64,000 nt of DNA from an uncultured bacterium (GTDB taxonomy: Bacteria; Babelota; Babeliae; Babelales; JABCYS01). Position 1 is the stretch's first letter. Every line of letters begins with the position of its first letter. The DNA lies in the NCBI GenBank assembly GCA_963705705.1, contig CAVPKK010000001.1, positions 1 through 64,000 on the forward strand, given 5' to 3'. Shown piece after piece: positions 10,399 through 21,723 of this stretch. The notes beneath the pieces were generated by a model. That model saw only the letters and a list, made by a program, of their open reading frames with translations, ran no database searches and had not been told where the DNA came from. The translations under genes were made by a program, and so were the position numbers.

Positions 10399-10971
10399 CT
10401 ATTTAGTTTTCTTAAATGGCATGCCGAATCTTGTCAGCAATTCTCGTGCATGCGCATCTTCTTTTGCAGTTGTATGAATAGTTACATTCATACCAAAAAC
10501 TTTTTCATTATATCCTTGCTCAAGTTCAGGAAAGATAATCCATTCCTTGATGCCAAGGTTGTAGCCACCACGGCCATCAAATTTTGTGCCAACGCCTTGG
10601 AAGTCACGAACTTTAGGAAGTGCAAGGTTAATCAGCTTATCCAAGAATTCATACATATTACGGCGTCGTAAAGTAACCTTTACACCAATTGGTAAATCTT
10701 CGCGCAACTTAAAGCCGGCAATAGAGCGCTTTGAAACTGTTTTAACCGGTGCTTGACCCGTAATCTTGGTAATTGCTTGTTCAACAAGACCAATTAATTT
10801 GCTATCGGATACTGCGCCGGTAACGCCAACGTTGACCACAATCTTATCGATTTTTGGTACAGACATTACGTTTTTAATACCAAGTGCCGTTTTTAATTCT
10901 GGACGGATCTGCTCGGTATAAAGCTGATGATAGCGTGATTGATTCTTTTTAATGTTTTCTGCTTGTGCCAT
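10399..10971 (-). CDS. rplE: 50S ribosomal protein L5
   Basis: ITGQAP, SIAGFKLRE, ALPKVRDFQG. Confidence 0.98.
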   Translation of the reverse strand: MAQAENIKKNQSRYHQLYTEQIRPELKTALGIKNVMSVPKIDKIVVNVGVTGAVSDSKLIGLVEQAITKITGQAPVKTVSKRSIAGFKLREDLPIGVKVTLRRRNMYEFLDKLINLALPKVRDFQGVGTKFDGRGGYNLGIKEWIIFPELEQGYNEKVFGMNVTIHTTAKEDAHARELLTRFGMPFKKTK

Positions 10972-11280
10972 TTAAAATACCTCTTCGCATCGAGCGCATG
11001 CACGTACGCGGCGAGAATCTATTGTTTTAACCTGTACACGAGAAGGTTTTTTACATGCCGTGCAAACTGGCATTACCTTCGCGAGTGGGATAAATGATTC
11101 TTCTTGCTTAATTGCTGCTACGTCACCTTGCTTGCGACGTTTTACGTGACGCGTAACAACGCCAACGCCTTGTACCAAAACTTTGTCTTCAGTTGGAGAA
11201 ACCTTAATGACGGTGCCAAGCTTGCCGCGATCACGGCCTGAGAGCACCTGAACTTTATCATTTTTCTTAACACGCATCAT
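10972..11280 (-). CDS. rplX: 50S ribosomal protein L24
   Basis: KOW motif VKKNDKVQVLSGRDRGKLG. Confidence 0.96.
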   Translation of the reverse strand: MMRVKKNDKVQVLSGRDRGKLGTVIKVSPTEDKVLVQGVGVVTRHVKRRKQGDVAAIKQEESFIPLAKVMPVCTACKKPSRVQVKTIDSRRVRACARCEEVF

Positions 11281-11291
11281 GTTCAGTACCT

Positions 11292-11657
11292 TTATACTAA
11301 TTCCGGTGCACGAGATGCAATTTCTGCATATCGAACACGAACTTCACGAGCAACCGGCCCGAAAACACGTGAAGCTATCGGTTGGCCATCTTTATCAATA
11401 ATCACTGCTGCATTTTCGCCAAATCGCACATAGCTGCCATCTTCACGGCGAAGTTCTTTAGCCGTGCGAACAATGACTGCGTCAACAACTGTACCTTTTT
11501 TTGCTAACCCACCAGGCAAGGCACTTTTAACGGCACATTTGACTGTATCACCGATAAATGCATATCGCTTACGTGTGCTACCATGGATGTGAATACATTG
11601 AAGTAACTGTGCGCCTGAATTGTCTGCTACTTCAAGAAACGATTCTTTTTGGATCAT
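11292..11657 (-). CDS. rplN: 50S ribosomal protein L14
   Basis: MIQ..S.LEVADNSGA, RVFGPVAREV. Confidence 0.98.
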   Translation of the reverse strand: MIQKESFLEVADNSGAQLLQCIHIHGSTRKRYAFIGDTVKCAVKSALPGGLAKKGTVVDAVIVRTAKELRREDGSYVRFGENAAVIIDKDGQPIASRVFGPVAREVRVRYAEIASRAPELV

Positions 11658-11667
11658 GTGTCTACCT

Positions 11668-11907
11668 TTAAATCACCCGAGCGAGATACATATATTTTGT
11701 TTTTGATGCCGGGCGACCTTCAAAGAACTCAACGCGGTCACCAATCTTCGCCTGGCCCTTTTCATCATGCACCTTATATTTTTTTGTTTGGCGCATAACT
11801 TTCTTGAAGATTGGGTGTCGGTAATCACGGCTTACCTGTACCACAATTGTTTTGTCCATCTTGTCGGAGATTACCTCACCAACAAGTAATTTTTTCTTAT
11901 TTTCCAT
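11668..11907 (-). CDS. rpsQ: 30S ribosomal protein S17
   Basis: GEVISDKMDKTIVV, KKYKVHDE. Confidence 0.97.
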   Translation of the reverse strand: MENKKKLLVGEVISDKMDKTIVVQVSRDYRHPIFKKVMRQTKKYKVHDEKGQAKIGDRVEFFEGRPASKTKYMYLARVI

Positions 11908-12136
11908 GCGTGGTTCCTTGCTGCTTGTTCTTTGAGACTTCAGAAGCAAGACGCTCTTTATTGCTGATGTGCGTCATGCCTTGTGCGATAGCTCGACGCA
12001 TTTTAGCAAATTGCGAGTAATCTTTAACATGTTGAGCATGCTTATTTACACGCAGAGAAAAAAGTGCACGACGCGTAGCGTCAACTGCCGCTCCCAACTC
12101 ATCAATGCTCATGTCTCTGATCTGTTTATTATCCAT
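11897..12136 (-). CDS. rpmC: 50S ribosomal protein L29
   Basis: IRDMSIDEL...LFSLR...RRAIA; position between rplP and rpsQ. Confidence 0.92.
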   Translation of the reverse strand: MDNKQIRDMSIDELGAAVDATRRALFSLRVNKHAQHVKDYSQFAKMRRAIAQGMTHISNKERLASEVSKNKQQGTTHGK

Positions 12137-12186
12137 GATGGCACTCTATTATTATTGTTGACTTACGTCGTCTAAATTTCACTTCG

Positions 12187-12654
12187 TTATTGTGTATCTG
12201 CAGGTTTAACAGCTTTTGCATTCACGGATTTAACCGGAGCAGCTATGAGCTCTTCACCCTTTTTAACTATGCGTGTTTTCATTGGCAATTTATATGCCGC
12301 ACTGCGTAAAATCTTACGCGCATCTTTTTCGGCAGTAATCTCGCAAATGAGACGGCCACGCTTAACCACGGCAACCCAGAACTCAGGATTCCCCTTACCT
12401 TTACCCATACGAGTTTCGGCAGGTTTTTTGGAAATTGGTTTATCTGGGAATACACGGAGGTAAAATTTACCTTCCTTACCCAAGCCACGAGAAACTGTTA
12501 CACGAACTGCTTCGATTTGTTGCGCAGTTAACCATGCAGGTTCAATAGCCTGCAATGCATATTCGCCAAAGGCCACTGTTTTTGCGCCCTTGGTTTCTCC
12601 AGCCCGCGTACCGCGCTGATATTTTCTAAATTTTGTTTTTTTAGGCATCAACAT
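12187..12654 (-). CDS. rplP: 50S ribosomal protein L16
   Basis: [33 protein letters not shown]. Confidence 0.98.
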   Translation of the reverse strand: MLMPKKTKFRKYQRGTRAGETKGAKTVAFGEYALQAIEPAWLTAQQIEAVRVTVSRGLGKEGKFYLRVFPDKPISKKPAETRMGKGKGNPEFWVAVVKRGRLICEITAEKDARKILRSAAYKLPMKTRIVKKGEELIAAPVKSVNAKAVKPADTQ

Positions 12655-13420
12655 GGTGTATTCCTTTATCGCTCAGATCCGCCACGAGGGGCACGCCTAG
12701 CACCAGACATCCCGCCTCTTCTGGCTCAGGTCGTCCGCGCTCATCTTGAGCTTGTCTCATCGCAGGCATAGCTCCGGCTTTTTCTTCAAGTAAGTGAGCA
12801 TATTCGCCTTTGTAAATCCAAACGCTTATGCCAATAACGCCATAAGTGGTTTGTGCGATAGCTCTGTCAAAATCAATATTTGCTCGTAAGGTGTGCAATG
12901 GCACTGAACCAGTACGCAACCATTCTGTTCGAGCGATTTCAGCACCGCCAAGACGGCCTGATACGCGGATCTTAATTCCCTTAGCGCCAGATCGTAATGC
13001 GGTGGTTGCTGCTCGCTTCATCGCACGCTTAAATGAAACACGCTTTTCCAGCTGTTCAGCAATGCTTTGTGCTACCAATGAGGAGTCCATTTCAGGATTA
13101 CGAACTTCTTGCACAGAAATTTCAACCAATCGACCTGGTACCAAAGCACCAATTCTTCGACGCAAAGTATCAATGTCTTGGCCCTTTTTACCAATCACCA
13201 CCCCAGGGCGACCCGAGTTGATGATTACCTTGACTTGCTCACCGGCCTTTTCAATATTGACCGATGATACTTCTGCATTGCGCAATTCTTTATCGATGAA
13301 TTGGCGAATCTTCAGATCGTCCATCAATTGTTTGCCATATGAATCACGAGCAAACCATTGTGCTTTCCAAGGTTCGTAAATTCCTAAGCGAAAACCATTC
13401 GCATTTACTTTATTACCCAC
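12641..13420 (-). CDS. rpsC: 30S ribosomal protein S3 (probable 1-nt deletion near 12723; true stop likely 12666)
   Basis: MGNKVNANGFRLG, RPGVVIGKKG, SGRLGGAEIAR; an alternative frame gives a typical tail RRGGMSGARRAPRGGSER* followed by the rplP RBS. Confidence 0.96.
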   Translation of the reverse strand: MGNKVNANGFRLGIYEPWKAQWFARDSYGKQLMDDLKIRQFIDKELRNAEVSSVNIEKAGEQVKVIINSGRPGVVIGKKGQDIDTLRRRIGALVPGRLVEISVQEVRNPEMDSSLVAQSIAEQLEKRVSFKRAMKRAATTALRSGAKGIKIRVSGRLGGAEIARTEWLRTGSVPLHTLRANIDFDRAIAQTTYGVIGISVWIYKGEYAHLLEEKAGAMPAMRQAQDERGRPEPEEAGCLVLGVPLVADLSDKGIHHVDA

Positions 13421-13423
13421 TGG

Positions 13424-13915
13424 CTATGATCCTTTCACGTCTTTCTTCGGACTGCGGCTTTTGTTGGCTACAGCTGATTTAGTCTTTGCTTTCTTTTCGC
13501 CCTGAGCTGCAATAGCAACTGCTGACTTTTCTCTCTTCACAGAAGTCACAATTGGACTTAGAGAAACGCTGATGTGGCAAAATCTTTTACGCTGCGGGCT
13601 TGCTGAACCACGTGCCGTTGGCTTGAAATAACGCAACAATGGCCCCTGGTCAACCCGGATTTCTGCAACTTTTAAATGTGCTTCTAATGTATTTGGCTCT
13701 TTGTGCTGAGCATTAGCAACGGCAGATGCAAGCACTTTTACAATTGGCTTTGCACGGGAAGTAGAATACGTACATGACCAACGACCTTGCACCTTATGAG
13801 CACCAAGTAATTGCAATGCATATTCTGCTGATTTTCCACGAATAACGTCAACCAATGGTCGTAATTTATATGGCGTATATCTAACGTAACGCGCATGTGC
13901 GGTAAATTGGGTCAT
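13424..13915 (-). CDS. rplV: 50S ribosomal protein L22 with a short insertion and a basic tail
   Basis: PYKLRPLVDVIRGK, SAVANA, VDQGP, ARGSA. Confidence 0.95.
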   Translation of the reverse strand: MTQFTAHARYVRYTPYKLRPLVDVIRGKSAEYALQLLGAHKVQGRWSCTYSTSRAKPIVKVLASAVANAQHKEPNTLEAHLKVAEIRVDQGPLLRYFKPTARGSASPQRKRFCHISVSLSPIVTSVKREKSAVAIAAQGEKKAKTKSAVANKSRSPKKDVKGS

Positions 13916-14220
13916 TATTTTTTACCTCCCTCAGGAGCGGCTGGTGTTTCACCGGCTTTGCGTTGCCCACTGTGAGCACGGAATGTTCGGCTATGTGCAA
14001 ATTCGCCTAGATAATGGCCAACCATATTTTCGGTAATATATACCGGCAAATGTTTGCGACCATTATGTACTGCAATGGTAAGACCCACAAAGTCAGGAAT
14101 TACCATGCTACGCCGTGACCACGTCTTGATTGCTTCTCGCTTGCCAGATTCTTTTACTTTGGCCACTTTTGCGAGCAATGATTGGTCTACAAAAGGACCT
14201 TTTTTTGCTGATCTTGCCAT
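13915..14220 (-). CDS. rpsS: 30S ribosomal protein S19
   Basis: [31 protein letters not shown]. Confidence 0.98.
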   Translation of the reverse strand: MARSAKKGPFVDQSLLAKVAKVKESGKREAIKTWSRRSMVIPDFVGLTIAVHNGRKHLPVYITENMVGHYLGEFAHSRTFRAHSGQRKAGETPAAPEGGKK

Positions 14221-14229
14221 TGTTATTCT

Positions 14230-15055
14230 CTATTTATTACTTGGTCGTCGTGAAATAATACGATAATCTTTCTTTTTTCTCGTCCGTGTACCCTTACACC
14301 CTTTACCCCATGGCGTCATTGGGTGAGATCCAGATTTTGAACGGCCTTCACCACCACCATGCGGGTGATCGATCGGGTTCATGGCCATACCACGCACTGT
14401 TGGGCGAATACCTAACCAACGTGAACGGCCAGCTTTACCAATGGAGATATTTTTATAGTCAGCGTTGCCTAACGTGCCTACAGTTGCCCAGCAGTTCAAA
14501 TGGATCATACGAACTTCACCACTTGGCATACGCAATGTTGCGTATTCATCGCCTTTTGCCATTAATTGAGCAGCTCCACCAGCGCTTCGCACCAAAGTGC
14601 CGCCACCATTCGGAGACATTTCAATATTATGAATCATAAAGCCAACGGGAATATTTCGCAAAGGCAGTGAATTGCCGTTCTTAGGCTGCGGCCGATTCAC
14701 TCGCCATCACTGCGGCACCAACTTTGAGGCCTTCAGGTAGTAACATATAGCTCTTAGCGCCATTTGCATAATGAACCAACCCAATGCGCACATTGCGATT
14801 TGGATCATACTCAACAGAGGCCAATGTACCAGGCACATTACGATTGCTACGGGTAAAATCAATTACGCAATATTTGCGCTGCGCACCACCGCCAATGTGG
14901 CGGCAAGTAATACGGCCATAGGCGTTTCGTCCGCCAGACTTTTTCAAGCCAACGACTAATGAACGTTCCGGTTTTTTCTTGGTAATATCACTCGAATCCA
15001 AATACGTTTGGAATCGTAATGAAGCGCTGCGTGGTTTTCTTCCAATAATAGCCAT
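14230..15055 (-). CDS. rplB: 50S ribosomal protein L2, split by an apparent 1-nt insertion near 14688
   Basis: Two ORFs carry the N half ([17 protein letters not shown]) and C half ([17 protein letters not shown]); removing one base gives continuous [13 protein letters not shown]. Confidence 0.95.
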
Positions 15056-15057
15056 TG

Positions 15058-15411
15058 TTATTCCTTAGCCGTTTCGGTAGCCGGAGCAGTTTCGGCTTCT
15101 GTATAGTTGCCTTGCCCCATTAGATCAAGCGAGTAGCCAGGCTTGAGCGTAATGAATGCATGCTTCCGTTCTGCTGATTGAGTACTCTTGCGCAATGCAC
15201 GAATAAACTTATTTTTGCCCTTGCGAACCGAAACGCGAACCTCAGCCACTTTTACATTAAAGAGACGTTCAAGCGCTGCTTTAATTTGCGGTTTATTCGC
15301 ATCAGGATGAACCCTGAGCATCAAGGTGTTCATTTTCTTATATTGATGATAGGCCTTATCGGTAAGCACGGGCCCTTGAATAATGTCGTATGTTGTTAAA
15401 TTTACAGCCAT
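15058..15411 (-). CDS. rplW: 50S ribosomal protein L23
   Basis: [32 protein letters not shown]. Confidence 0.95.
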   Translation of the reverse strand: MAVNLTTYDIIQGPVLTDKAYHQYKKMNTLMLRVHPDANKPQIKAALERLFNVKVAEVRVSVRKGKNKFIRALRKSTQSAERKHAFITLKPGYSLDLMGQGNYTEAETAPATETAKE

Positions 15412-16046
15412 GCGTGCACCATTTCTTGTAGAGCATTAATATCTTTTGCGAGCACCACCCATGTTTGTGCTTTTGCAAGATCGAATGCATTAGGTTGATC
15501 AAAGCAAATTGTTTGAACATTGGCCAAATTAGCGAATGAAGCTTGTGCCACTTGATCATCCGGTCGCACAAAAACCATCACTCTTTTACCATGCAGGCCA
15601 GCATCTTTAAGCAATGAATAAGCTGCTGCTGTGCTTGGCTTGCCAGGAAGTTCCTGATCAATTGCAAATACATTGCCCTTGGTCATTTGCTTCCAAAACA
15701 ATGTCTTAAATACTTCTTGTTTCTGACGTGATGTCACATACATCATGCGTGTACGAGGCTGTGGTCCGTGGCAAACGCCGCCGTGACGCCATAGTGGGGA
15801 ACGGGCACTACCGGCACGTGCACGGCCAGTACCTTTTTGACGCCATGGTTTCTTATTTGAGAAAGAAACATCTGCGCGTCCTTTAACACCCACAGTTCCC
15901 TGCCGCCAATTTTGTAACAATGCGCGAACTGCAATTGCAAAACTACGTGAGGATGTTGGCGTATGCTCAACATCACCCAGCGATAAATCTTTTGCTCCAA
16001 GCACCCGAACGCGAGTCTTTGTTGTTGAAGTTGGTGCAGCGCTCAT
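15402..16046 (-). CDS. rplD: 50S ribosomal protein L4
   Basis: [31 protein letters not shown]. Confidence 0.97.
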   Translation of the reverse strand: MSAAPTSTTKTRVRVLGAKDLSLGDVEHTPTSSRSFAIAVRALLQNWRQGTVGVKGRADVSFSNKKPWRQKGTGRARAGSARSPLWRHGGVCHGPQPRTRMMYVTSRQKQEVFKTLFWKQMTKGNVFAIDQELPGKPSTAAAYSLLKDAGLHGKRVMVFVRPDDQVAQASFANLANVQTICFDQPNAFDLAKAQTWVVLAKDINALQEMVHAWL

Positions 16047-16663
16047 TATTCAGCCTTTCGCAGGTAAACCATCGAGCCCGCTTTGCCTGGCACAGATCCT
16101 TTAACAAGAACCAGTTCCGGCTCAATTTTGATAATTTCTAGATTTTTCATCACTTGGCGATCACAACCCATGTGACCAGGTAATCTTTTACCCTTAATAA
16201 CACGACCACGTGAACGCATAAAGCTCATAGTTCCAGGACGACGATGGAACATCGATCCGTGGCTTTCTACACCACCTGAAAAGCCGTGGCGTTTCATTAC
16301 CCCAGCAAAACCATGACCAATGGTAACACCAGTTGCGTCAACCATTTTCCCTTCTTCAAGGGCAGCTAGTTGAGCGGCTGATTGACCAACGGCAATTCCT
16401 TCAGGAATTGCGCTGTCATGTGTAATTTCGCGAACGCATTGGAAATATTTCTTTACGTCCTTAAGCCAATCAGACGAGAAGGTTTCACCTTCATATCGTT
16501 TGCGTAATCGCCCTACTGCAACTGCAGCATAACCATCGCGTGCTTTGTTTTTCACAGCAGTAACTAACCAATTTGCGGTATCGATCACAGTTACTGGGTA
16601 AACACGATTATTCTTAAAAACTTGGGTCATTCCAATCTTTTTGCCCCAAACGCCTCTAATCAT
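16046..16663 (-). CDS. rplC: 50S ribosomal protein L3
   Basis: [36 protein letters not shown]. Confidence 0.98.
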   Translation of the reverse strand: MIRGVWGKKIGMTQVFKNNRVYPVTVIDTANWLVTAVKNKARDGYAAVAVGRLRKRYEGETFSSDWLKDVKKYFQCVREITHDSAIPEGIAVGQSAAQLAALEEGKMVDATGVTIGHGFAGVMKRHGFSGGVESHGSMFHRRPGTMSFMRSRGRVIKGKRLPGHMGCDRQVMKNLEIIKIEPELVLVKGSVPGKAGSMVYLRKAE

Positions 16664-16674
16664 GAATGACCTTT

Positions 16675-16987
16675 CTACTTAATTTCTACATCAACTCCCG
16701 ATGAGATGTTCAATTTCATCAGCGCTTCCATTGTAGAATCTGAAGGCTGCATAATGTCCAACACACGACGGTGTGTGGTCAATTCGAACTGCTCACGGGA
16801 TTTTTTATCAATATGTGGAGAACGTTAATACTGTAAAGCAACGGCGCTTATTCGGTAGTGGCACGGGCCCCACAATTTGGGACCCGGTCCGACGAACCGT
16901 CAACACGATTTGCTTTACTGCTTTATCGAGAAGCTGATGATCGTATGACTTAAGTGTCAAACGAATTCGTTGTTTTTTGATGCTCAT
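16675..16987 (-). CDS. rpsJ: 30S ribosomal protein S10, broken by an apparent 1-nt insertion near 16825
   Basis: N half [14 protein letters not shown]...GPVPLP; removing one base continues [28 protein letters not shown]...GVDVEIK*. Confidence 0.95.
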
Positions 16988-16999
16988 CATCAACTCCGA

Positions 17000-18190
17000 T
17001 TACTCTTGAATCTGGGTAATCACACCTGAACCAACTGTACGACCACCTTCGCGAATTGCAAAGCGAAGATCTTTTTCCATAGCAATTGGAGAAATAAGAT
17101 CAACATCAAGTCCTACGTGGTCACCAGGCATTACCATTTCACGACCTGTTGGCAATGTTACTACGCCAGTCACGTCGGTTGTTCTGAAATAGAACTGTGG
17201 ACGGTAGCCATTGAAGAATGGACTGTGGCGCCCGCCTTCTGCTTGCGTGAGAACGTACACATCGCACTTGTATTTCTTGTGTGGATTGATTGAACCTGGA
17301 GCGGCAATTACCATACCACGTTCAATATCTTCCTTCTTAAGACCACGAAGAAGAAGACCAACGTTATCGCCAGCCATTGCATCCTTCATTTCCTTACGGA
17401 ACATTTCAACACCGGTTACGGTTGTTTTGATGCTGCTGCCAAAGCCAACAACTTCAACTTCATCTCCAACCTTAACTCTGCCTTTTTCAACGCGGCCCGT
17501 AGCTACGGTACCACGACCAGAAATTGAGAAGACACCTTCAACTGATAGAAGGAATGGCTTATCAACTTCACGAACAGGGTCAGGAATAGAGTTGTCGAGT
17601 GCATCCATCAAGCGATCAATTGACTTGCTACCAAGTTCATCATTGTCGCCGCTCAATGCTTTAAGAGCAGAACCACGAATGAATGGCACGGTATCAGCCG
17701 GATAGCCATTCTTTTGTAATAGTTCTTTAATTTCTTCTTCGACCATGTCGATCATTTCAGGATCATCGACCATGTCGCATTTATTTAGGAATACCACGAT
17801 TGCAGGTACACCTACGTTACGTGCAAGAAGAATGTGTTCTTTAGTTTGTGGCATCGCACCATCGGCGGCAGATACTACAAGAATCGCACCGTCCATCTGT
17901 GCAGCACCGGTGATCATGTTCTTTACGTAGTCAGCGTGACCAGGGCAGTCAACGTGAGCGTAGTGGCGCTTAGCAGATTCGTATTCAACGTGTGAGGTTG
18001 AGATCGTAATACCGCGTGCCTTTTCTTCAGGCGCATTATCGATTTGGTCAAACGCTTTAAAATCAGCGAAGCCTTTACCTGCTTGAACTTTTGTGATTGC
18101 CGCGGTTAACGTAGTCTTACCGTGGTCAACGTGACCAATCGTACCGACGTTAACGTGCGGTTTTTTTCTTTCAAATATACCTTTTGCCAT
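17000..18190 (-). CDS. tuf: Elongation factor Tu
   Basis: [36 protein letters not shown]. Confidence 0.99.
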   Translation of the reverse strand: MAKGIFERKKPHVNVGTIGHVDHGKTTLTAAITKVQAGKGFADFKAFDQIDNAPEEKARGITISTSHVEYESAKRHYAHVDCPGHADYVKNMITGAAQMDGAILVVSAADGAMPQTKEHILLARNVGVPAIVVFLNKCDMVDDPEMIDMVEEEIKELLQKNGYPADTVPFIRGSALKALSGDNDELGSKSIDRLMDALDNSIPDPVREVDKPFLLSVEGVFSISGRGTVATGRVEKGRVKVGDEVEVVGFGSSIKTTVTGVEMFRKEMKDAMAGDNVGLLLRGLKKEDIERGMVIAAPGSINPHKKYKCDVYVLTQAEGGRHSPFFNGYRPQFYFRTTDVTGVVTLPTGREMVMPGDHVGLDVDLISPIAMEKDLRFAIREGGRTVGSGVITQIQE

Positions 18191-18325
18191 GTTGATTACT
18201 CCTAAGGGATTTCGCCCTTATAATTATTAACGTTTAAAACTACGTTATCCTTGTAAATCGCTCATCCTGAGCTTCGCGAAGGATGTCCACTCCATTACTC
18301 TTCTTTTTTCAAATATTTCTGGAAA

Positions 18326-20401
18326 TTATGCAGCCGATGCCTTCACAATTTCTTCCTGTGCTGATTTCGGCACTTCACGATAGCATTCGAATTCCATCGT
18401 ATAGCTTGCACGACCTTTGGTTTTTGATCGTAGGTCAGTCGCATAACCAAACATACCACGCAATGGGACTTCTGCATTTACCACTTGCGTTCCCAAACGG
18501 GCTTCCATGCCCATAATACGACCGCTGCGTGCATTTAAGTCACCAATCACATCACCTAGATATTCTTCTGGTGTTTCCACTTCGATCTTCATAATAGGCT
18601 CAAGAAGCACTGGGCTTGCTTGCGCCATACCAGTCTTGAATGCCATTGATGCAGCAACCTTGAAGGCCATTTCAGAAGAGTCGACATCGTGGTAGGTACC
18701 GTCATAAACCGTTGCTTTAATATCAACGGTTGGATAGCCACCAAGCACTCCGGTGTTCTTCGCTTCATCAAGACCTTTTTCAATAGCGCCAATAAATTCT
18801 TTGGGAATGGCACCGCCGACGACCTTGTTTTCAAATTCGTAGCCTTTACCGCGCTCCAATGGTTCGAGGCGGATGTAGCAGTGTCCATATTGACCACGGC
18901 CACCAGACTGCCGAACATATTTTCCTTCGGCTTCGGTCTTTTTCTGAATAGTTTCTTTGTATGCAACTTGCAATTTACCCTGCACCAACTCAAGCTTTTG
19001 TTCGTGCTTTAAGCGGTCAATGATAATATCCAAGTGCAACTCGCCCATTCCTGAGATAACAGTTTGTCCTGTTTCTGGATTGTATGAGAAGTTGAATGAA
19101 GGATCTTCCTGACGCATTTTGCGTAATGCAATAACCATGCGTTCGTGATCGCCTTTATTCTTCGGCTCAACTGAGGCGTGAATCACTGGCGTTGGTACGT
19201 CAATTGATTCTAATGATATTGGGAATTTTTCATCGCATAGCGTATCGCCTGTGTTGGCATCTTTGATACCAACGACTGCTACGATATCACCAGCAGATAC
19301 GCTTTCGATATCTTCACGCTTATTAGCGTGCATACGAAGCAAGCGGCTTACGCGCTCCTTAGTTCCACTGCGAGAATTAAGCACGTATGAACCAGAATTC
19401 AGTGTACCGGAATAGATACGAATGAAGTTCAAAGTACCGACAAATGGGTCGGTCATAATTTTGAAAACGAGACCAGAGAATGGCGCCTGAGGATCAGTTG
19501 TGCGCGTTTCAACCTCTTTGGTCCCAGGTAACGTACCATCAACTGGCGGTATATCCAACGGTGATGGTAGATAATCAATCACGGCGTCCAAGGCCAGCTG
19601 AACACCCTTATTTTTGAATGCGCTGCCACAGAAAGCTGGAACTATTTTGCGTTCGATAGTTCCCTTGCGAATTGCTGCTTTAATTTCATCGAGACCGATT
19701 TCTTCGCCATTGAGATAGCGCTCAGCCATACCTTCATTGAAGTCGCAGGCCTTCTCAACAACAGCAGTACGCATTTTTTCTGCTTCATCTTTATATTCAG
19801 CAGGAATGTCTACCCATTGTAGTTCAAGGCCGCCTTCACCCACAAATACCGCCATCTTACGAGTAAGCAGATCGATGAGGCCAGTAAAATTTTCTTCTTT
19901 GCCAACCTGGATTTGCATGCAGATAGCATTAGCGTGCAGTTTATCGTTAACTTGATTAACGACTTTTTGGTAGTCAGCACCGACTCGGTCCAACTTATTT
20001 ACAAAAATAATGCGGGGAACTTTATAACGATTTGCTTGGCGCCAAACGGTTTCTGATTGTGGCTGTACACCACCAACGCCACAATAAACGGCGATCATAC
20101 CATCAAGCACGCGAAGTGAACGACCCACTTCGATAGTAAAGTCTACGTGACCTGGGGTATCGATAATGTTAATACGGCTATCTTTCCAGAAACAGGTAGT
20201 CGCAGCAGAGGTGATTGTGATGCCACGTTCACGTTCTTGCTTCATCCAGTCCATGACGGTTTCGCCTTCGTGGACTTCGCCCATTTTGTGAATCATACCG
20301 GTATAGAACAGAATACGTTCTGTAACAGTAGTTTTACCGGCATCGATGTGGGCAGCGATACCTATATTGCGAGTTTTTCTTAAAGGAACATTAGCACTCA
20401 T
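18326..20401 (-). CDS. fusA: Elongation factor G
   Basis: [33 protein letters not shown]. Confidence 0.99.
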   Translation of the reverse strand: MSANVPLRKTRNIGIAAHIDAGKTTVTERILFYTGMIHKMGEVHEGETVMDWMKQERERGITITSAATTCFWKDSRINIIDTPGHVDFTIEVGRSLRVLDGMIAVYCGVGGVQPQSETVWRQANRYKVPRIIFVNKLDRVGADYQKVVNQVNDKLHANAICMQIQVGKEENFTGLIDLLTRKMAVFVGEGGLELQWVDIPAEYKDEAEKMRTAVVEKACDFNEGMAERYLNGEEIGLDEIKAAIRKGTIERKIVPAFCGSAFKNKGVQLALDAVIDYLPSPLDIPPVDGTLPGTKEVETRTTDPQAPFSGLVFKIMTDPFVGTLNFIRIYSGTLNSGSYVLNSRSGTKERVSRLLRMHANKREDIESVSAGDIVAVVGIKDANTGDTLCDEKFPISLESIDVPTPVIHASVEPKNKGDHERMVIALRKMRQEDPSFNFSYNPETGQTVISGMGELHLDIIIDRLKHEQKLELVQGKLQVAYKETIQKKTEAEGKYVRQSGGRGQYGHCYIRLEPLERGKGYEFENKVVGGAIPKEFIGAIEKGLDEAKNTGVLGGYPTVDIKATVYDGTYHDVDSSEMAFKVAASMAFKTGMAQASPVLLEPIMKIEVETPEEYLGDVIGDLNARSGRIMGMEARLGTQVVNAEVPLRGMFGYATDLRSKTKGRASYTMEFECYREVPKSAQEEIVKASAA

Positions 20402-20407
20402 ATTACC

Positions 20408-20890
20408 CTACCAAGCAAAATGCGAGAACGCACGGTTTGATTCTGCCATGCGATGCACGTCATTCTTTTTTTTAATTGCGCTACCGCGCTGTTCTAATGC
20501 ATCAAATATTTCATGCGCCAATCGCAGACTCATAGTTTTATCTGAACGACTAGCTGCACCATCAATAATCCAACGCATAGCCAAGGAATTGGCGCGGCGT
20601 GGAGGAACTTCTGCAGGAATCTGATAGACGCTACCACCAACCCGGCGAGGACGAACCTCAAGCGCAGGGACCACATTATCAAATGCACGGTGGAATAAAT
20701 CGAGGGCCTTTTGATCTGAACCGCCTGCTTTACGAACAACAACGTCCATTGCACCGTATACAATGCCACGAGCTATGCTCTTTTTTCCGCGTTCCATGAT
20801 TACATTGATAAACTTTTGGATAAGCGGAGAGTTAAAGCGAGGATCAACTCCGATTTCGCGTTGGAAATTTACCGATCTACGTCTTGGCAT
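20408..20890 (-). CDS. rpsG: 30S ribosomal protein S7
   Basis: RRVGGSVYQIP, HRMAESNRAFSHF. Confidence 0.98.
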   Translation of the reverse strand: MPRRRSVNFQREIGVDPRFNSPLIQKFINVIMERGKKSIARGIVYGAMDVVVRKAGGSDQKALDLFHRAFDNVVPALEVRPRRVGGSVYQIPAEVPPRRANSLAMRWIIDGAASRSDKTMSLRLAHEIFDALEQRGSAIKKKNDVHRMAESNRAFSHFAW

Positions 20891-20992
20891 CTAAATTCCT
20901 TAGGTCAATTACTTAATTTCATAACCATTAATCGCTTCCCAAATCTAAATCGCGCTCATTCTGAGATAGCGCGAAAGAGATCAGCGCAAGTT

Positions 20993-21373
20993 CTATTTTT
21001 CAGTTTTTGGTCGCTTAGTACCGTATAGTGAACGAGACTGCTTACGCTTTTCAACGCCGGCACAGTCCAATGCACCACGAACGATATGATATTTCACACC
21101 AGGAAGATCTTTTACGCGACCACCACGAACCAACACCACAGAGTGTTCCTGCAGGTTATGGCCTTCACCACCAATATATGCGGTAACTTCGTTACCATTT
21201 GATAGTTTTACACGAGCAACTTTACGCAATGCTGAGTTCGGCTTTTTTGGCGTTTGAGTGAATACACGAAGACAAACACCACGAACTTGCGGGCTTTGCT
21301 GAAGAGCGCCGCTCTTTGTTTTAACTTTTGGGGTAAAGCGACCAAACTTTATAAGTTGGTTAATCGTTGGCAT
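20993..21373 (-). CDS. rpsL: 30S ribosomal protein S12
   Basis: [27 protein letters not shown]. Confidence 0.99.
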   Translation of the reverse strand: MPTINQLIKFGRFTPKVKTKSGALQQSPQVRGVCLRVFTQTPKKPNSALRKVARVKLSNGNEVTAYIGGEGHNLQEHSVVLVRGGRVKDLPGVKYHIVRGALDCAGVEKRKQSRSLYGTKRPKTEK

Positions 21374-21589
21374 AAATGAATCCTAATCGTATATATACGT
21401 CTTCGACACTGCTCGAAATGAGCGGATCGAGTAATCGATTAATGGTAATTTTTTTTCCAGATACTGCTGCTGTGCAACTAGTAGCATTAAGACTGTTGAG
21501 CTTCTCAGGCCACCTCAGAACAGGTTTCCTGGTACATTGATTGGCTCAGAACGCCTTATAGTGCAGTATCGTCAAGGAAAAGTTCAGGT

Positions 21590-21617
21590 AGTATAGAGGT
21601 CATTACGTATTTTTCAA
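21590..21617 (-). promoter_or_regulatory. Putative sigma70 promoter of the str/S10 superoperon
   Basis: Minus-strand TTGAAA-16 nt-TATACT about 215 nt upstream of rpsL. Confidence 0.5.
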
Positions 21618-21723
21618 GAGCCAGGGCTCGCCCTAGGCCCATTTTTCGCAATCTATCTCTTTTTAAGGTCGGTCAACCTACCGATTCCGCAGACTAAAAA
21701 ACATCTTGCCCGCGAATGGGAGC

